A stretch of 64,000 nucleotides of DNA from an uncultured Verrucomicrobiae bacterium (GCA_963813025.1 CAWEXO010000008.1:1-64000), one strand, 5' to 3'; positions 19,971 to 30,638 are shown, counted from the stretch's first letter. Notes: generated from the sequence alone by a model not told the origin. Numbers and translations are program-made.

Positions 19971-22217
19971 ATGGCCACACGCTCCAGCAGCAAAAAAGAG
20001 GCACCATCCAAGACGACGAGCAAAGCTGAGCCGGCTCCGGCACCGGAAGCGGCCCCAAAAACGGCGACCGATCTGATCTCTCCGCGTAAAAGACGGTCAC
20101 CGGCAAGCGATTCAAAGTCTCCGGCCAAATCCGCGATGCTGCCAATTAGCCGCGCGCGACGAGAGGCGGCCCCGCTGGCTTCACCGGAGCCCGAAGAACC
20201 CCCACCCCCCGCGCCAGCAAAACCGGAGACAGTGTCGCTCATCGATGAGAAGAGCGAACGGCGGAGTACCCCGCCCAATCGATCGGAGCAGCGATCGGTG
20301 CTGCCTCCGATTTCGAAAATTCGTCGGCCGATCCTCAGTCACTCGGAGACTGGCACACCGTTGGAAGCGCCTCTTGGATCTGTCCCGGTACCAGCCCCAG
20401 TCTCAGTAACCGCGCCTGAACCCGCCGCAGAAACTGACGGTGAGAAAGTCATCCACATCAAGCCGCCCATCATTGTCCGCGACCTCGCTCAGCATATCGG
20501 GCTGAAGCCTTTCCAGGTCATTCATGACTTGATGGAGATGAATATTTTTGCCGCCATCGGACACACGATTGAACCTGATGTCGCGGCCGCCATTTGTCGC
20601 AAGCACGGTTTTGTTTTTGAAGTTGAACGCCGCGAAAAAGGCGCGGGGGTGCACAAAACCGAAGTTGTCGTCGAAGAACCTCCTCCTCCCCTGATCGAAA
20701 CAGCCGAGGAGCTGCAGGCGCGCGCACCGATCATCACTTTCATGGGACACGTCGATCACGGAAAGACATCGTTGATGGATGCCATCCGCAAAACTCGCGT
20801 GGCTGCGGGAGAAGCTGGAGGCATCACTCAGCATATCGGCGCCTACACCGTGACCCATAACGGCCAGCGCATCACGTTCCTTGATACTCCCGGCCATGAG
20901 GCATTTACCGCGATGCGGGCTCGGGGCGCGAATGTGACAGACATTGTGATCCTCGTTGTCGCCGCTGATGACGGGATCATGCCGCAAACCGTTGAAGCGA
21001 TCAACCACGCCAAGGCCGCGCAGGTGCCGATCATCGTCGCGATCAACAAAGTCGATTTGATCTCTGCCAATATCGACCGGGTCAAGAAACAGCTCCAGGA
21101 ACGTGGGCTGACCCCGGAAGATTGGGGCGGCCAAACGATCGTTGTGCCGGTTTCGGCGACTAAGGGTATCGGTATCGACACCCTCTTGGAAATGATGCTG
21201 CTGCAGGCCGAAGTCATGGAACTCAAGGCAAGCGCTACCGTTCCGTCGCGCGCGACGGTTATCGAAGCTCAGATCGAGGCCGGTCGTGGCCCGACCGCCA
21301 CCGTGATCGTTCGAATGGGCACCTTGAAAGTTGGTCAGGCCTTTATTTGCGGCCACTTCTGGGGCAAAGTGAAATCTTTAATCGATGATGCGGGTCGACC
21401 GGTCAGGGAAGCCGGCCCCGCGACGCCGGTAAAAGTCCTTGGGTTCACGGGTTTACCCAATGCCGGTGATGAATTGCTGGTGATGGATTCAGAGCGTTCG
21501 GCTCGAGCACTGGGCGAGGAACGGCTGATCGAGCTGCGCAGCCAAAAACTCGCTCAGCCCCAACGGGCTACGCTGGAAAGCCTTTTCGATTCTCTGGAAG
21601 GCGGCAAAAAACATCTGCAGATTATTCTGAAGTGCGACGCTCAGGGTTCGGCGGAGGCTATCGCCGGTTCGCTCAATCAGATTGAAAGCAAGAAAATTGA
21701 CCTCGAGATCATCCATACGGCGGTGGGCCCGATATCAGAATCCGATGTGCTCCTGGCGACTGCGTCGAATGCGGTGATCATCGGATTCAACGTCAAAGTG
21801 GAAAACCAGGCGGCATCAGCAGCCAAACGCGAAGGTGTTCAGATCAAGCTCTATAGCATCATCTACGAACTGATCGATCAGGTCAAAGAAGCGATGGCTG
21901 GCATGCTCGATCCGGAGCTCCGGGAAAGCGTTGTTGGTCATGCCGAGGTTCGCCAGGTATTTGAACTCTCCAAGGGCCGGGTAGCCGGTTGTTATGTTTC
22001 GGATGGACGAATTGTCCGGACCGCGCGCGCGCGGGTTGTGCGCAAGCGGCAGCCAATCTACGACGGTGGCATAGCGACTTTACGCCGATTTCAAGACGAC
22101 GTGAAAGAGGTCCGGGCCGGCGTCGAGTGTGGGATCAAACTTGGGGATTTCAGCGAATATCAAGTCGGCGATATTATCGAGTGCTATAACCTGGAGAAGG
22201 TTGCGCAACAGCTCTAG
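19971..22217 (+). CDS. infB: Translation initiation factor IF-2
   Basis: MGHVDHGKTSL, GGITQHIGAY, DTPGHEAF, NKVD. Confidence 0.98.
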   Translation: MATRSSSKKEAPSKTTSKAEPAPAPEAAPKTATDLISPRKRRSPASDSKSPAKSAMLPISRARREAAPLASPEPEEPPPPAPAKPETVSLIDEKSERRSTPPNRSEQRSVLPPISKIRRPILSHSETGTPLEAPLGSVPVPAPVSVTAPEPAAETDGEKVIHIKPPIIVRDLAQHIGLKPFQVIHDLMEMNIFAAIGHTIEPDVAAAICRKHGFVFEVERREKGAGVHKTEVVVEEPPPPLIETAEELQARAPIITFMGHVDHGKTSLMDAIRKTRVAAGEAGGITQHIGAYTVTHNGQRITFLDTPGHEAFTAMRARGANVTDIVILVVAADDGIMPQTVEAINHAKAAQVPIIVAINKVDLISANIDRVKKQLQERGLTPEDWGGQTIVVPVSATKGIGIDTLLEMMLLQAEVMELKASATVPSRATVIEAQIEAGRGPTATVIVRMGTLKVGQAFICGHFWGKVKSLIDDAGRPVREAGPATPVKVLGFTGLPNAGDELLVMDSERSARALGEERLIELRSQKLAQPQRATLESLFDSLEGGKKHLQIILKCDAQGSAEAIAGSLNQIESKKIDLEIIHTAVGPISESDVLLATASNAVIIGFNVKVENQAASAAKREGVQIKLYSIIYELIDQVKEAMAGMLDPELRESVVGHAEVRQVFELSKGRVAGCYVSDGRIVRTARARVVRKRQPIYDGGIATLRRFQDDVKEVRAGVECGIKLGDFSEYQVGDIIECYNLEKVAQQL

Positions 22218-22219
22218 GT

Positions 22220-22300
22220 CGGGAAGCAGGATCCCGAGTAATGGGTCCCGAGTAACGAGTAGCGAGCAGCGAGTAAGGCCCGGGACTCGGGACTCGTTAC
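22220..22300. repeat. Inverted heptamer array pair between infB and rbfA
   Basis: cccgagta-atgggtc-ccgagta-acgagta-gcgagca followed by gggactcgggactcgttac. Confidence 0.7.
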
Positions 22301-22315
22301 CTCAACGGAGGTTCT

Positions 22316-22669
22316 ATGAAACATCGGCTTGAAAGGGTTAATGAGGTTGTCAAAAGGGAGCTGAGCGAACTCATCGCACGAGAAGTCAACTTCAGTCCGA
22401 AAGTGCTTGTCACGATCCATGCGGTCGAAATAGCGGCTGACCTGCGACAGGGGCAAGTTTTTGTCAGCGTGATCGGCGATGCGGCGGAAAAAACGCAGGC
22501 GCTTGAACTGCTTGGGCAGCATCGGATTGAACTGCAACGCGCACTCGGCAAACGAGTCGTGTTGAAGTACACGCCGCATCTTTATTTTAGACTCGACACC
22601 TCGATCGAACGAGGTGCTCGCGTCCTCGACATTATTCAAGATCTCGATCGTAGCAGAGAACCGCAATGA
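22316..22669 (+). CDS. rbfA: Ribosome-binding factor A
   Basis: RLERVNEVVKRELS..LKYTPHLYFRLDTSIERG; position after infB. Confidence 0.95.
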   Translation: MKHRLERVNEVVKRELSELIAREVNFSPKVLVTIHAVEIAADLRQGQVFVSVIGDAAEKTQALELLGQHRIELQRALGKRVVLKYTPHLYFRLDTSIERGARVLDIIQDLDRSREPQ

Positions 22670-23643
22670 GTTCGCGTTTCGCCGCGATCTCCGCCGCGCT
22701 CCGCGCCGCGCAAAAGATCGCTATTCTCAGTCACGTGCGGCCAGATGGCGACGCGATTGGTTCTCAGCTTGCCTTGACCCTCAGCTTGCGAGAGCTCGGC
22801 AAGGATGTTTATGCATGGAATGAGGACGGCATGCCCGAAAACCTGCGCTTCCTTTCCTCGGCTGATCTGATCACATCTCCGCCGCCCGAATCGTTACCTT
22901 TCGACGTGGCGATTGCCCTCGACACGGCAACAAAACAGCGATTAGGTGCTCCCTTGAAGGCGATCGCTCAGGCTGGTTGCTGGATCAACATCGATCACCA
23001 CGCCAGCAACCCGGCTTATGGCGACCTGAATTACCTGGACATCGATTCCCCAGCGACTGGACAAATTATTTACGAACTGATTCGCGAAGAGCAATTGCCC
23101 ATGAATGCCGACATCGCGAGCGCATTGTTTGTGGCGATTTCGACTGATACCGGCTCGTTCCGTTACCTGAATACAACTGCGCAGACTTTCAAGGTCGCGG
23201 CGGAGCTGATTGTCCGCGGTGCGAGTAATGGGGATCTGTCGCGCAACCTCTACGAGAACTATCCAAAACGGCGCCTGCTGTTATTGGGCGAGCTGCTGGA
23301 GCATGCTCGCTTCGGCGAGCAAGACCGGATCGCCAGTATGTCGCTGACTCTGGAGCAAAAGAACCGGCTTGCGATCCGGGCTGAGGATGTCGATGGGCTT
23401 ATCGACTCCATTCGCTGCATTAACACCGTTCAGGTCGCCATATTTCTGGAAGAACTCGCGGATCAAAAAGTTCGCCTCAGTATGCGTTCGAAAGATTTGC
23501 GGATCGATGTGAACCGCATTTGCCAACTCTGGGGCGGTGGCGGCCATGCGATGGCCGCCGGAGCGAGGCTCCGGGGCGGTTTATCAGAGATTACAGAGAA
23601 AGTATGGAAACAGGTAATTCATGAGGTCACCCAGCCCGTTTGA
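22666..23643 (+). CDS. nrnA: DHH/DHHA1 bifunctional oligoribonuclease/pAp phosphatase
   Basis: HVRPDGDAIGS, IDHH, TDTGSF, GGGGHAMAAG. Confidence 0.9.
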   Translation: MSSRFAAISAALRAAQKIAILSHVRPDGDAIGSQLALTLSLRELGKDVYAWNEDGMPENLRFLSSADLITSPPPESLPFDVAIALDTATKQRLGAPLKAIAQAGCWINIDHHASNPAYGDLNYLDIDSPATGQIIYELIREEQLPMNADIASALFVAISTDTGSFRYLNTTAQTFKVAAELIVRGASNGDLSRNLYENYPKRRLLLLGELLEHARFGEQDRIASMSLTLEQKNRLAIRAEDVDGLIDSIRCINTVQVAIFLEELADQKVRLSMRSKDLRIDVNRICQLWGGGGHAMAAGARLRGGLSEITEKVWKQVIHEVTQPV

Positions 23644-24343
23644 CGGGCTTTTACTTGTCGATAAGGAAAGTGGCATGACCAGCCACGATGTCGTCGCGGT
23701 GGTCAGGAGCCGCCTGCAGACCCAGAAAGCCGGCCATTGCGGAACGCTCGATCCGTTTGCAACCGGGCTCCTCCTGGTCGTTGTCGGCCGAGGCACCAGG
23801 ATCCAGGACCTGCTCATGAGCGAGGACAAAGAATATATCGGCACGATGAAGCTGGGAGAAGTTACGAATACGCAGGATTGTGACGGGGAAATAACCGAGC
23901 GAAAAGAGGTGCCGCCTCTCACGCGCCACGCGATCGAAGGCGCGTTCCTCAAATACCACGGCGATTTCTACCAAACACCGCCGATGGTTTCGGCAATCAA
24001 GAAAGGTGGGGTGCCGCTCTACAAACTGGCCCGGGAAGGCAAGGTGGTTGAGCGCGATCCGCGGTTTGTCCATGTGTATGCGCATGAGATTCGCGAGATC
24101 CGTCGCGCCGAAATCGATTTTCGCGTGATCTGCAGCAAAGGCTTTTACGTGCGCACCTATGCTCATGACATTGGGAACGAATTAGGTTGCGGAGCGCACC
24201 TGTCGAGTTTACGACGAACCAAGTCCGGACGTTTCGGCATCGAGAACGCCACGACGGTCAGTGAACTTAAGGGCCTCTCTTTGGATCAGATCGGCCGGAG
24301 AATTCTCTCTTTGCCGGACGTTTCCCGGTTACGCGGAGCTTGA
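23621..24343 (+). CDS. truB: tRNA pseudouridine(55) synthase
   Basis: GMTSHDVV, GHCGTLDPFATG, PPMVSAIK, CSKGFYVR. Confidence 0.95.
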   Translation: MRSPSPFDGLLLVDKESGMTSHDVVAVVRSRLQTQKAGHCGTLDPFATGLLLVVVGRGTRIQDLLMSEDKEYIGTMKLGEVTNTQDCDGEITERKEVPPLTRHAIEGAFLKYHGDFYQTPPMVSAIKKGGVPLYKLAREGKVVERDPRFVHVYAHEIREIRRAEIDFRVICSKGFYVRTYAHDIGNELGCGAHLSSLRRTKSGRFGIENATTVSELKGLSLDQIGRRILSLPDVSRLRGA

Positions 24344-24364
24344 CTGACAACCCACTCTCCGTAG

Positions 24365-25342
24365 ATGAAGATCCTTCGCACAATCGAAGAACTCCGGTCC
24401 GTCGAGGGCCCGATTCATCTGGCTGCCGGCGTTTTCGATGGCATTCATCTTGGTCATCAGGCCGTAATTCGAGAAGCGATTGAGGGCGCCCGGCGCTCCG
24501 GCGGCACGTCGGTCGTCCTGACCTTTTCTCCGCATCCCGTAAAAATTCTTCGACCGGAGAAAGCACCTCGCCTTCTCACTTCGACGCAACATCAGACAAT
24601 TCTGCTGAAGCGGCTTGGCGTTAACGCCGTGCTGATCCAGGATTTTACGCTCGAGTTTTCGCGGACTGATCCTACTGCTTTCATTGAACGATTGGCTGCC
24701 GCGGCTCACGATCTCCGACAGCTCTGCGTCGGCGAGGAATGGACCTTTGGCGTGAACCGCTCCGGAAACGTCGAGCTGCTTAGCCAGCTCGCGAAACGTT
24801 TTGGCTTTGTCTTGACGAGCGTCAAACCGGTTGTGGTCAGGAACCAGGTGGTCAGCAGTACACTGATTCGATCCGCCATCGAGGTTGGTAACTTTGCCGA
24901 GGCGGCCCGATTTCTGGGTCGGCCATTTACCATCCTCGGCACAGTTTCGGAGGGAATGCGCTTGGGACGGCAGCTCGGATTTCCAACGGCTAATCTCAGC
25001 ACCCATAACGAGCAGTTCCCGCCGAACGGTGTTTACGCGGTGGCTGCTTGGCTTGGCCGGAATCAGCATGGCGGTGTCGTCAACATCGGAGTCCGCCCAA
25101 CAGTTGCTCAGCAGGCAGGTGAACGCCTGCTCGAGCTTCATCTGTTCGACTTCGATCAGGACATCTACGGCGCGGACGTCGAGGTCTGCTTCCTGGAATA
25201 TCTTCGATCCGAAACGAAGTTTGGTGATCTGGAGCAATTGCGGGGCCAAATCAGCCGTGACGCCGAGAAAGCAAAGGAAATCTATCGAGCCTTTCAGTCA
25301 TCACAGGGGCCGAAGTTGGCCACAGGGCTCTGGGTCTCATAG
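24365..25342 (+). CDS. ribF: Riboflavin kinase / FAD synthetase
   Basis: GVFDGIHLGHQ, VSSTLIR, GFPTANL, NIGVRPT, ELHLFDF. Confidence 0.95.
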   Translation: MKILRTIEELRSVEGPIHLAAGVFDGIHLGHQAVIREAIEGARRSGGTSVVLTFSPHPVKILRPEKAPRLLTSTQHQTILLKRLGVNAVLIQDFTLEFSRTDPTAFIERLAAAAHDLRQLCVGEEWTFGVNRSGNVELLSQLAKRFGFVLTSVKPVVVRNQVVSSTLIRSAIEVGNFAEAARFLGRPFTILGTVSEGMRLGRQLGFPTANLSTHNEQFPPNGVYAVAAWLGRNQHGGVVNIGVRPTVAQQAGERLLELHLFDFDQDIYGADVEVCFLEYLRSETKFGDLEQLRGQISRDAEKAKEIYRAFQSSQGPKLATGLWVS

Positions 25343-25415
25343 GTCGTATATGTCACAGCGGCATGGCCGCAAATAGTTTCTGGCGCCCCGGAGCGTCGCG
25401 AAAGCAAAAGCCCGT

Positions 25416-25964
25416 CTAGCGGATAATCCCCAGCGTCGCGAGTGTTCCTTGATCGATTTGTCCGTCGGGCGTTCTTCCAAGATCTGCCTGGTACCTTTCC
25501 AAAGCGCTCTGGCTCGCGGGGCCGAAAATTCCGTCCACTGCACCCGTATAATAGCCGCGCCGTCGCAACTCTGACTGGACTGAACGAACCAGTTCGTTGC
25601 TATACTGGGGGTTAAAACGTTCGCCGGATTGTCTGCTGAATCGTGGTGAGGGGTTTGTGGCGCCCAGTCGCAAAAGATTGGGCAGCGGCTTAACGGGCGT
25701 GGCCGGCTGCAACAGGATACTGCTCGGCGGCGTCAAAGCGGGATTCAGCAATCTTTGGTTGTATGGCACGTATCCGTTCGGATGCCCGGAATAGACAGCC
25801 GGCGGCACAATCGGAGCGATCTGAACGCGTGGCACCTGGATCCGGATTGGGGCCTGGCTTGCTGCCGTTGCTGACAGCGATGGCACAATCACGCGCGTTT
25901 GGGCCAGGGCTGCTCCAGCGAAAACCAGGATCGAGAAAATCCAGATCATCGATTTCCTAAACAT
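25416..25964 (-). CDS. Secreted protein with C-terminal peptidoglycan-binding domain
   Basis: Signal peptide; VRSVQSELRRRGYYTGAVDGIFGPASQSALERYQ...DGQIDQGTL. Confidence 0.85.
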   Translation of the reverse strand: MFRKSMIWIFSILVFAGAALAQTRVIVPSLSATAASQAPIRIQVPRVQIAPIVPPAVYSGHPNGYVPYNQRLLNPALTPPSSILLQPATPVKPLPNLLRLGATNPSPRFSRQSGERFNPQYSNELVRSVQSELRRRGYYTGAVDGIFGPASQSALERYQADLGRTPDGQIDQGTLATLGIIR

Positions 25965-26329
25965 ATCTTGGAGTACCTCCGCTCAGAATATCGCCCCAGG
26001 CGGCTCTACTTTCCATCTCGTTTAGAAGACGGTGTACCCGCTCGGAAGATCAGAAGACTTAGCAACTTTTCAGTCACGATTGATATCGATCGAGGCCCTC
26101 TGCTGCTCCGCTTTAGTGATAACTTTCCAGTGAAGCATCCGGTCTCTCGCAAACGAACCTAACAAGTTCGTCAGAAGATATTGTGAAAGTGCTCGGTTTT
26201 GAATGAATAAACCGACTCAGGCAGAAGCGGACCTGAGAGACACGTCCGAAAACAGCGGCATGAGTGAGGAACTGATTGGCGATTTCCGTAGCGCCTGCTT
26301 TTTATCTTTTCAGCCTCACTGAATGGCAC

Positions 26330-26892
26330 CTAGAAAAGCCCGAATCTCGGCGCCGATTCCGCTGCGTGAGTTTCGACCGCGAAGTGGCCGATATCGTAGA
26401 AGACAACCTTCGCTTCCGGGTTATCCCGGCGGAAGGCTTCCGCCCCGGCAGGGAGAAAGAAGGGATCATTTTTTCCCCACACCGCCAACGTTGGCGGCCG
26501 GTAGGTGCGCAAGAACACCTGAAATTTCGGATAGAGCGCGACGTTGCTTTTGTAGTCCCCGATTAGATCGACTTGAATCTCGGCGCTCTGGGGACGATCC
26601 AACAAAGCCTGGTCGAGAGCGATGGCTTCAAGCGCAACACGTTGCTCGGCATTGGTCACGCCGTGGTGATATTGCCAGCGGGTGGTTTCCAGGGTGGAAA
26701 GGGTGCGCAGGGCGTCACGGTTCTGCTGGGTCGGGTTTTTCCAGTAGGCACGGATCGGGGCCCACTCGTCGCTCAGACCTTCGACATAGGCGTTGCCGTT
26801 TTGAGAAATCAAGGCCGAGATGCGATCCGGATAAGGAAGCGCAAGCCGGAACCCACAGGAGCACCGCAATCGAAGACGTAGATCGCGAACTT
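26330..26892 (-). pseudogene. Alpha/beta hydrolase, C-terminal half (N-terminal half at 43062-43352)
   Basis: [14 protein letters not shown]/[frameshift]FRLAL..ISQNGNAYVEGL..WGKNDPFF..GHFAVETH. Confidence 0.9.
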
Positions 26893-27210
26893 TTGATGAT
26901 CTGGCCCTTTTGTATCTCGCAACCATTCAAGCCATCGCTGCTCAGACCCGGCACATCATTGAGGAAATGAATGCCAAAGGCTACGCGATCCGGTCGCTCT
27001 TTGTCTGCGGTGGGGGATTAAAACGAGATCTTTCTGCAGGAGCACGCCGATATCACCCAATGCGAGTTGGTTTTGCCTCGCGAACCCGAAGCGGTGCTCC
27101 TCGGCTCAGCCGTTCTCGCGGCGGTTGCGGCCGGTGTCTTTCCTTCGGTGCTCGATGCCATGAAGGGAATGACAGAGATAGGCCAGATCGTGAGCCCGGC
27201 GCGCGGTCCG
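26893..27210 (+). pseudogene. FGGY pentulose/ribulokinase, C-terminal part (upstream part at 43353-43914)
   Basis: [26 protein letters not shown]/[frameshift][25 protein letters not shown]. Confidence 0.9.
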
Positions 27211-27348
27211 GTGCGTATGTCTGTATTTTTTGGAACGCTAGGATCCGATCGCATCGACTATATCCTGGATTCTAACTCCAAGGCTCAGGAATTTCTCGAG
27301 CAGTTGAAAAGACTTGCAGTAAACAGGGCTTTGGCGTTGAGACAGGTT

Positions 27349-27897
27349 ATGGGCAAGATCTACGAAGTCATCGATGAGCGAATCAAGAGATGGATAGCCG
27401 CTCAACCGGTTTTCTTCGTTGCTACGGCGCCAGTCTCTGCCGCCGGCCATATCAATTGTTCACCCAAGGACGGCAAGTCCATTCGCGTGCTCGACGGACG
27501 AACGTTGGTGTACGTCGATCTGATCGGCAGCGGCGTTGAAACGCTCGCCCATCTGCGAGAAAACGGCCGAATAATCATTATGATGTGCGCGTTTGCCGGC
27601 GCTCCCGTGATCATGCGTTTTCACGGAATAGGTGAAGCTCTCGAAACAGATCACCCGGACTTTGAAGTGCTGAAGGCGCTATTCGATGCCAAGCGTGGTG
27701 TCCGCTCCTTCATCCGCATCCGCGTAGACAGGATCTCCGACTCATGCGGATTCGGCGTGCCAGAGATGGAATTCAAGAGCCATCGCAAACTGCTGAACAA
27801 CTTTTACGAGCGGAAGGGCGAAGCAAAGCTTACCGAGTATAAACTCGAGTATAATTCCAAATCGATTGATGGTCTCGAAGGTATCCGAACCAAGTAG
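27349..27897 (+). CDS. Pyridoxamine 5'-phosphate oxidase-like FMN-binding protein
   Basis: MGKIYEVID..FFVATAP..INCSPKD..GSGVETLAHLRENGR..DSCGFGVP. Confidence 0.88.
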   Translation: MGKIYEVIDERIKRWIAAQPVFFVATAPVSAAGHINCSPKDGKSIRVLDGRTLVYVDLIGSGVETLAHLRENGRIIIMMCAFAGAPVIMRFHGIGEALETDHPDFEVLKALFDAKRGVRSFIRIRVDRISDSCGFGVPEMEFKSHRKLLNNFYERKGEAKLTEYKLEYNSKSIDGLEGIRTK

Positions 27898-28002
27898 GCA
27901 AACGTCCGGCTTCATACGATAGCCGATGACCCATGATTTTCAATACCTGCGACGGCTGCGCAGGTTCTTTTCAGAGTGGGACCGGAGACTGTAGGGGTAA
28001 TT

Positions 28003-28161
28003 GGTAGGGCGAGGATTCATCTGAGCCTTGGGCGAAGACTCGCTCGAGCCGCGGCTCGGGGTAAGCCGTGCTCCAGACGGCTCAAACAAGTTCTCGCCTG
28101 GCGCTCGAATAAATTTTCGCCCTACCGGCACTGGGCCGGGGCAACACTGCGAGACACGCTC
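28003..28161. repeat. GTAGGGCGA...TCGCCCTAC REP doublet with GCGAGACAC terminus
   Basis: Shares acggctcaaacaagttctcgc and gctcgaat with the 42822 copy, and tcgccctaccgg with the IS110 target. Confidence 0.8.
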
Positions 28162-28175
28162 ACCACTTGGTGTCT

Positions 28176-28400
28176 ATGAGAGCGATTGTCGAGTTTTGCC
28201 GATTTCTGCGCAACAACGGCGTTAGCTCGGGCCCGAGGGAAACGATTGACGTTCTTCGAGCCATACAATCCTAGGAGATGGCGAGCCCGCGACCTTCAAG
28301 TCCGCGCTTCGAGCAACTTTATGCTCCACGAAGGAAGAATGGGACGCCTTTGCTGAGTTGTTCGAAAGATTCTGGACTGGCCTTGTCGGTGGCCGGTTGC
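28176..28400 (+). pseudogene. CoxE-like vWA protein, N-terminal fragment
   Basis: MRAIVEFCRFLRNNGV..ETIDVL/[frameshift]TFKSALRATL..LFERFW. Confidence 0.6.
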
Positions 28401-28527
28401 CCGTTCGCGACTCCAGCCGATCCCCCGAAAACATTTTGACGGGAACCCGCGCGAAGCGATCGAGACTGGCGCCCGAGGCTTATTCGGATTGCCCCTTCCG
28501 GCCATCCCGAACCGGGAGTAGTAAACT

Positions 28528-28680
28528 ATGCAAGGACTGGTTTGTGGGATGACGATCGGCCCCGAACATGCAAGGTACCGTTCTGAGTATGGCGAAAAGA
28601 TTTTCTACTTTTGTTGCGGCGGGTGCCAGCAAACCTTTGATCGGCACCCGGAAATTTATTCGGCCGAAAATCAAGGGTGG
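28528..28680 (+). pseudogene. YHS domain fragment
   Basis: VCGMTI..YGEKIFYFCCGGCQQTFDRHPEIY. Confidence 0.7.
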
Positions 28681-28727
28681 GCTGTATACGAGAAAACGCC
28701 GCAATGCACGATACAGTTAAGAACCGA

Positions 28728-29570
28728 ATGTCTCAGGACTTCTTTGCTATTTTGCAAGATCTCAGCTCGCGCGGAGAGGCGTTTGCCGTCGCCACAGTGA
28801 TCGAAGTCGAGGGCTCCAGTTCGGCTAAACCGGGTTCAAAAGCAATCATCGATGCAAATGCTGCGATTGTTCTTGGCTGGGTAGGTGGAGGTTGCATTGA
28901 GAGCGCGGTGCGCGAAGAGGCACTAGCCAGCCTTAAAGATGGAAAGACCAGAGTCATCACGCTCGATTTGAATGACGAGATTTTCGGGCTCGGAATGCCG
29001 TGCGGAGGTTCGATGAGAGTATACATCGAACCGGTATTGCCGAAGCCGGAGTTGGTAATTGTGGGCCACGGGCGAATCGCTGAAGTGCTCGCTGAGCTCG
29101 GACATCTGGTTGGTTTTACAGTGACGGTGGTGGATCCTGGCGCTACGCCGGAAGCCTTTCCGCAGTCCGATCGACTCTTCGCTTCGAGCTTTGGGACATC
29201 TGACGTGAAGGTTGGCGTGAACTCTTACGTCGTTGTAGCGACTCAGCACAAAGGAGATCATCTTTCGATTAAGAAAGCGCTCGACAATCAGGCCCGGTAC
29301 ATCGCTCTCATCGCGAGTCATGGTCGTGCCCAATTGGTTTTCGACTACTTAGAGGCGACCGGCGTACCTCGAGCCGAGCTGGATCTGGCAAGGGTACGAG
29401 CGCCTGCGGGGCTGGATATCGGCGCACAGACCCCGGAAGAAGTCGCGGTAAGCATTATTAGCGAGATGATCGCGGTGCGACGCAAGGCAGCTGGACAGTT
29501 GACAGGTGGCAGTCATTCGAGCGGAGGGAGCGGTGGGAGCGGTGGGAGCGGGTTCAGCGGAGGGAGGTAG
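28728..29570 (+). CDS. XdhC/CoxF molybdoenzyme accessory protein
   Basis: ATVIEVEGSS, GWVGGGCIE, GMPCGG, APAGLDIGAQTPEEVAVSI; the C-terminal GGS run comes from repeat DNA. Confidence 0.9.
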   Translation: MSQDFFAILQDLSSRGEAFAVATVIEVEGSSSAKPGSKAIIDANAAIVLGWVGGGCIESAVREEALASLKDGKTRVITLDLNDEIFGLGMPCGGSMRVYIEPVLPKPELVIVGHGRIAEVLAELGHLVGFTVTVVDPGATPEAFPQSDRLFASSFGTSDVKVGVNSYVVVATQHKGDHLSIKKALDNQARYIALIASHGRAQLVFDYLEATGVPRAELDLARVRAPAGLDIGAQTPEEVAVSIISEMIAVRRKAAGQLTGGSHSSGGSGGSGGSGFSGGR

Positions 29571-29733
29571 CTGGAAAGCTGAGAAGCTGACAACCGACTG
29601 ACCGCGCGGTTCGAGTTTGCCATGAGCGGACGGTGCGCATTGTCCCGCGCTGAGAGCCTGTCAATTGGTCACTTTCTAGCTGCCTCCCTCCGCTGAACCC
29701 GCTCCCACCGCTCCTCCCCCCAAATGACTGCCA
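29507..29733. repeat. ~60-70 bp imperfect inverted repeat between convergent genes
   Basis: 29507-29578 pairs with 29672-29733 (ggagcggtgggagcgggttcagcggagggagg / cctccctccgctgaacccgctcccaccgctcc). Confidence 0.85.
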
Positions 29734-29751
29734 GCCGTTGTCTCTCGACCT

Positions 29752-30630
29752 CTACTTCACCGCTCCCATGGTGAGACCCTGCACTAAATGCCGCGAAACA
29801 ATGAGGCTGAAGATAAGGACCGGCAGGACGATCATTGTGCCGGTCGCCATGATCTGGCCCCAAGGCAATTCATAACCGCTCATGAAACTGGTGGCCACGA
29901 CCGGAGCGGTACGTGCGTGCTCGCGGGTCAGCACCAAGGCGTAGAGCAATTCGTTCCACGAAAAAATAAAACTGAAGATCGCGGAAACCGCCAGACCCGG
30001 TGCAGCCAGGGGCAGGGCGATCCGCAGAAAAATCCGGAAGGGTCCATAACCCTCCAGCATGGCCGCCTCGTCCAATTCTTTCGGGATGCTCCGAAATTGA
30101 TCCGAACAGATCCAGACAACGATCGGAATATTGAAGGTGAGGTAAATCAAAATCAGGACCAGCGGTGTATCCAGAAGCCGTAGGCTGCGCGCCAACAGGA
30201 AGAAAGGCAGCGCCAGGACAATCGGGCTCACCATCCGGTTCGTGATAAACCAGAACCACAGATCCCGTTTTCCCTTAAACTCAAATCGAGCCAAGGCGTA
30301 AGCAGCGGGAGCCCCTAAAGTCAGGGAAATCGCGGTGGTCGCCAATGCAACAATCAAGGAGTTTTGCAGACTGGCGACGACGTCAAACTTTGTCAGGGCG
30401 GCCCGATAGTTCGCCAGAGTCGGCTGAAACAGGAATTCGGGATTGGGCGAAAGGATCTCCTGTTGGTCTTTAAAGGAGGAACTCACCATCCAGTAAAACG
30501 GAAAAATGATGAAGAGAATGATGAGGAGCAGAGCGAGCAGGTGACCCAGCGCAAGGCGACGCGGTGGTCTGGGTCTGGCGGCTTGGCTCGCAGCCGCGGT
30601 TTTTGCCGGATCGAAGCTCGTCGGATTCAT
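29752..30630 (-). CDS. Carbohydrate ABC (CUT1) permease, MalG-like
   Basis: FPFYWM, APAAYALAR, IPKELDEAAMLEG, FSWNE, GLTMGAVK. Confidence 0.92.
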   Translation of the reverse strand: MNPTSFDPAKTAAASQAARPRPPRRLALGHLLALLLIILFIIFPFYWMVSSSFKDQQEILSPNPEFLFQPTLANYRAALTKFDVVASLQNSLIVALATTAISLTLGAPAAYALARFEFKGKRDLWFWFITNRMVSPIVLALPFFLLARSLRLLDTPLVLILIYLTFNIPIVVWICSDQFRSIPKELDEAAMLEGYGPFRIFLRIALPLAAPGLAVSAIFSFIFSWNELLYALVLTREHARTAPVVATSFMSGYELPWGQIMATGTMIVLPVLIFSLIVSRHLVQGLTMGAVK

Positions 30631-30638
30631 GGGTAAGG

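Noticed and set aside
20403..25249. Long antisense ORFs (20403..21356, 24329..25249; also 33608..34480, 43995..45008)
   Set aside because: Shadows of well-supported genes in GC-rich DNA, with no recognisable motifs.
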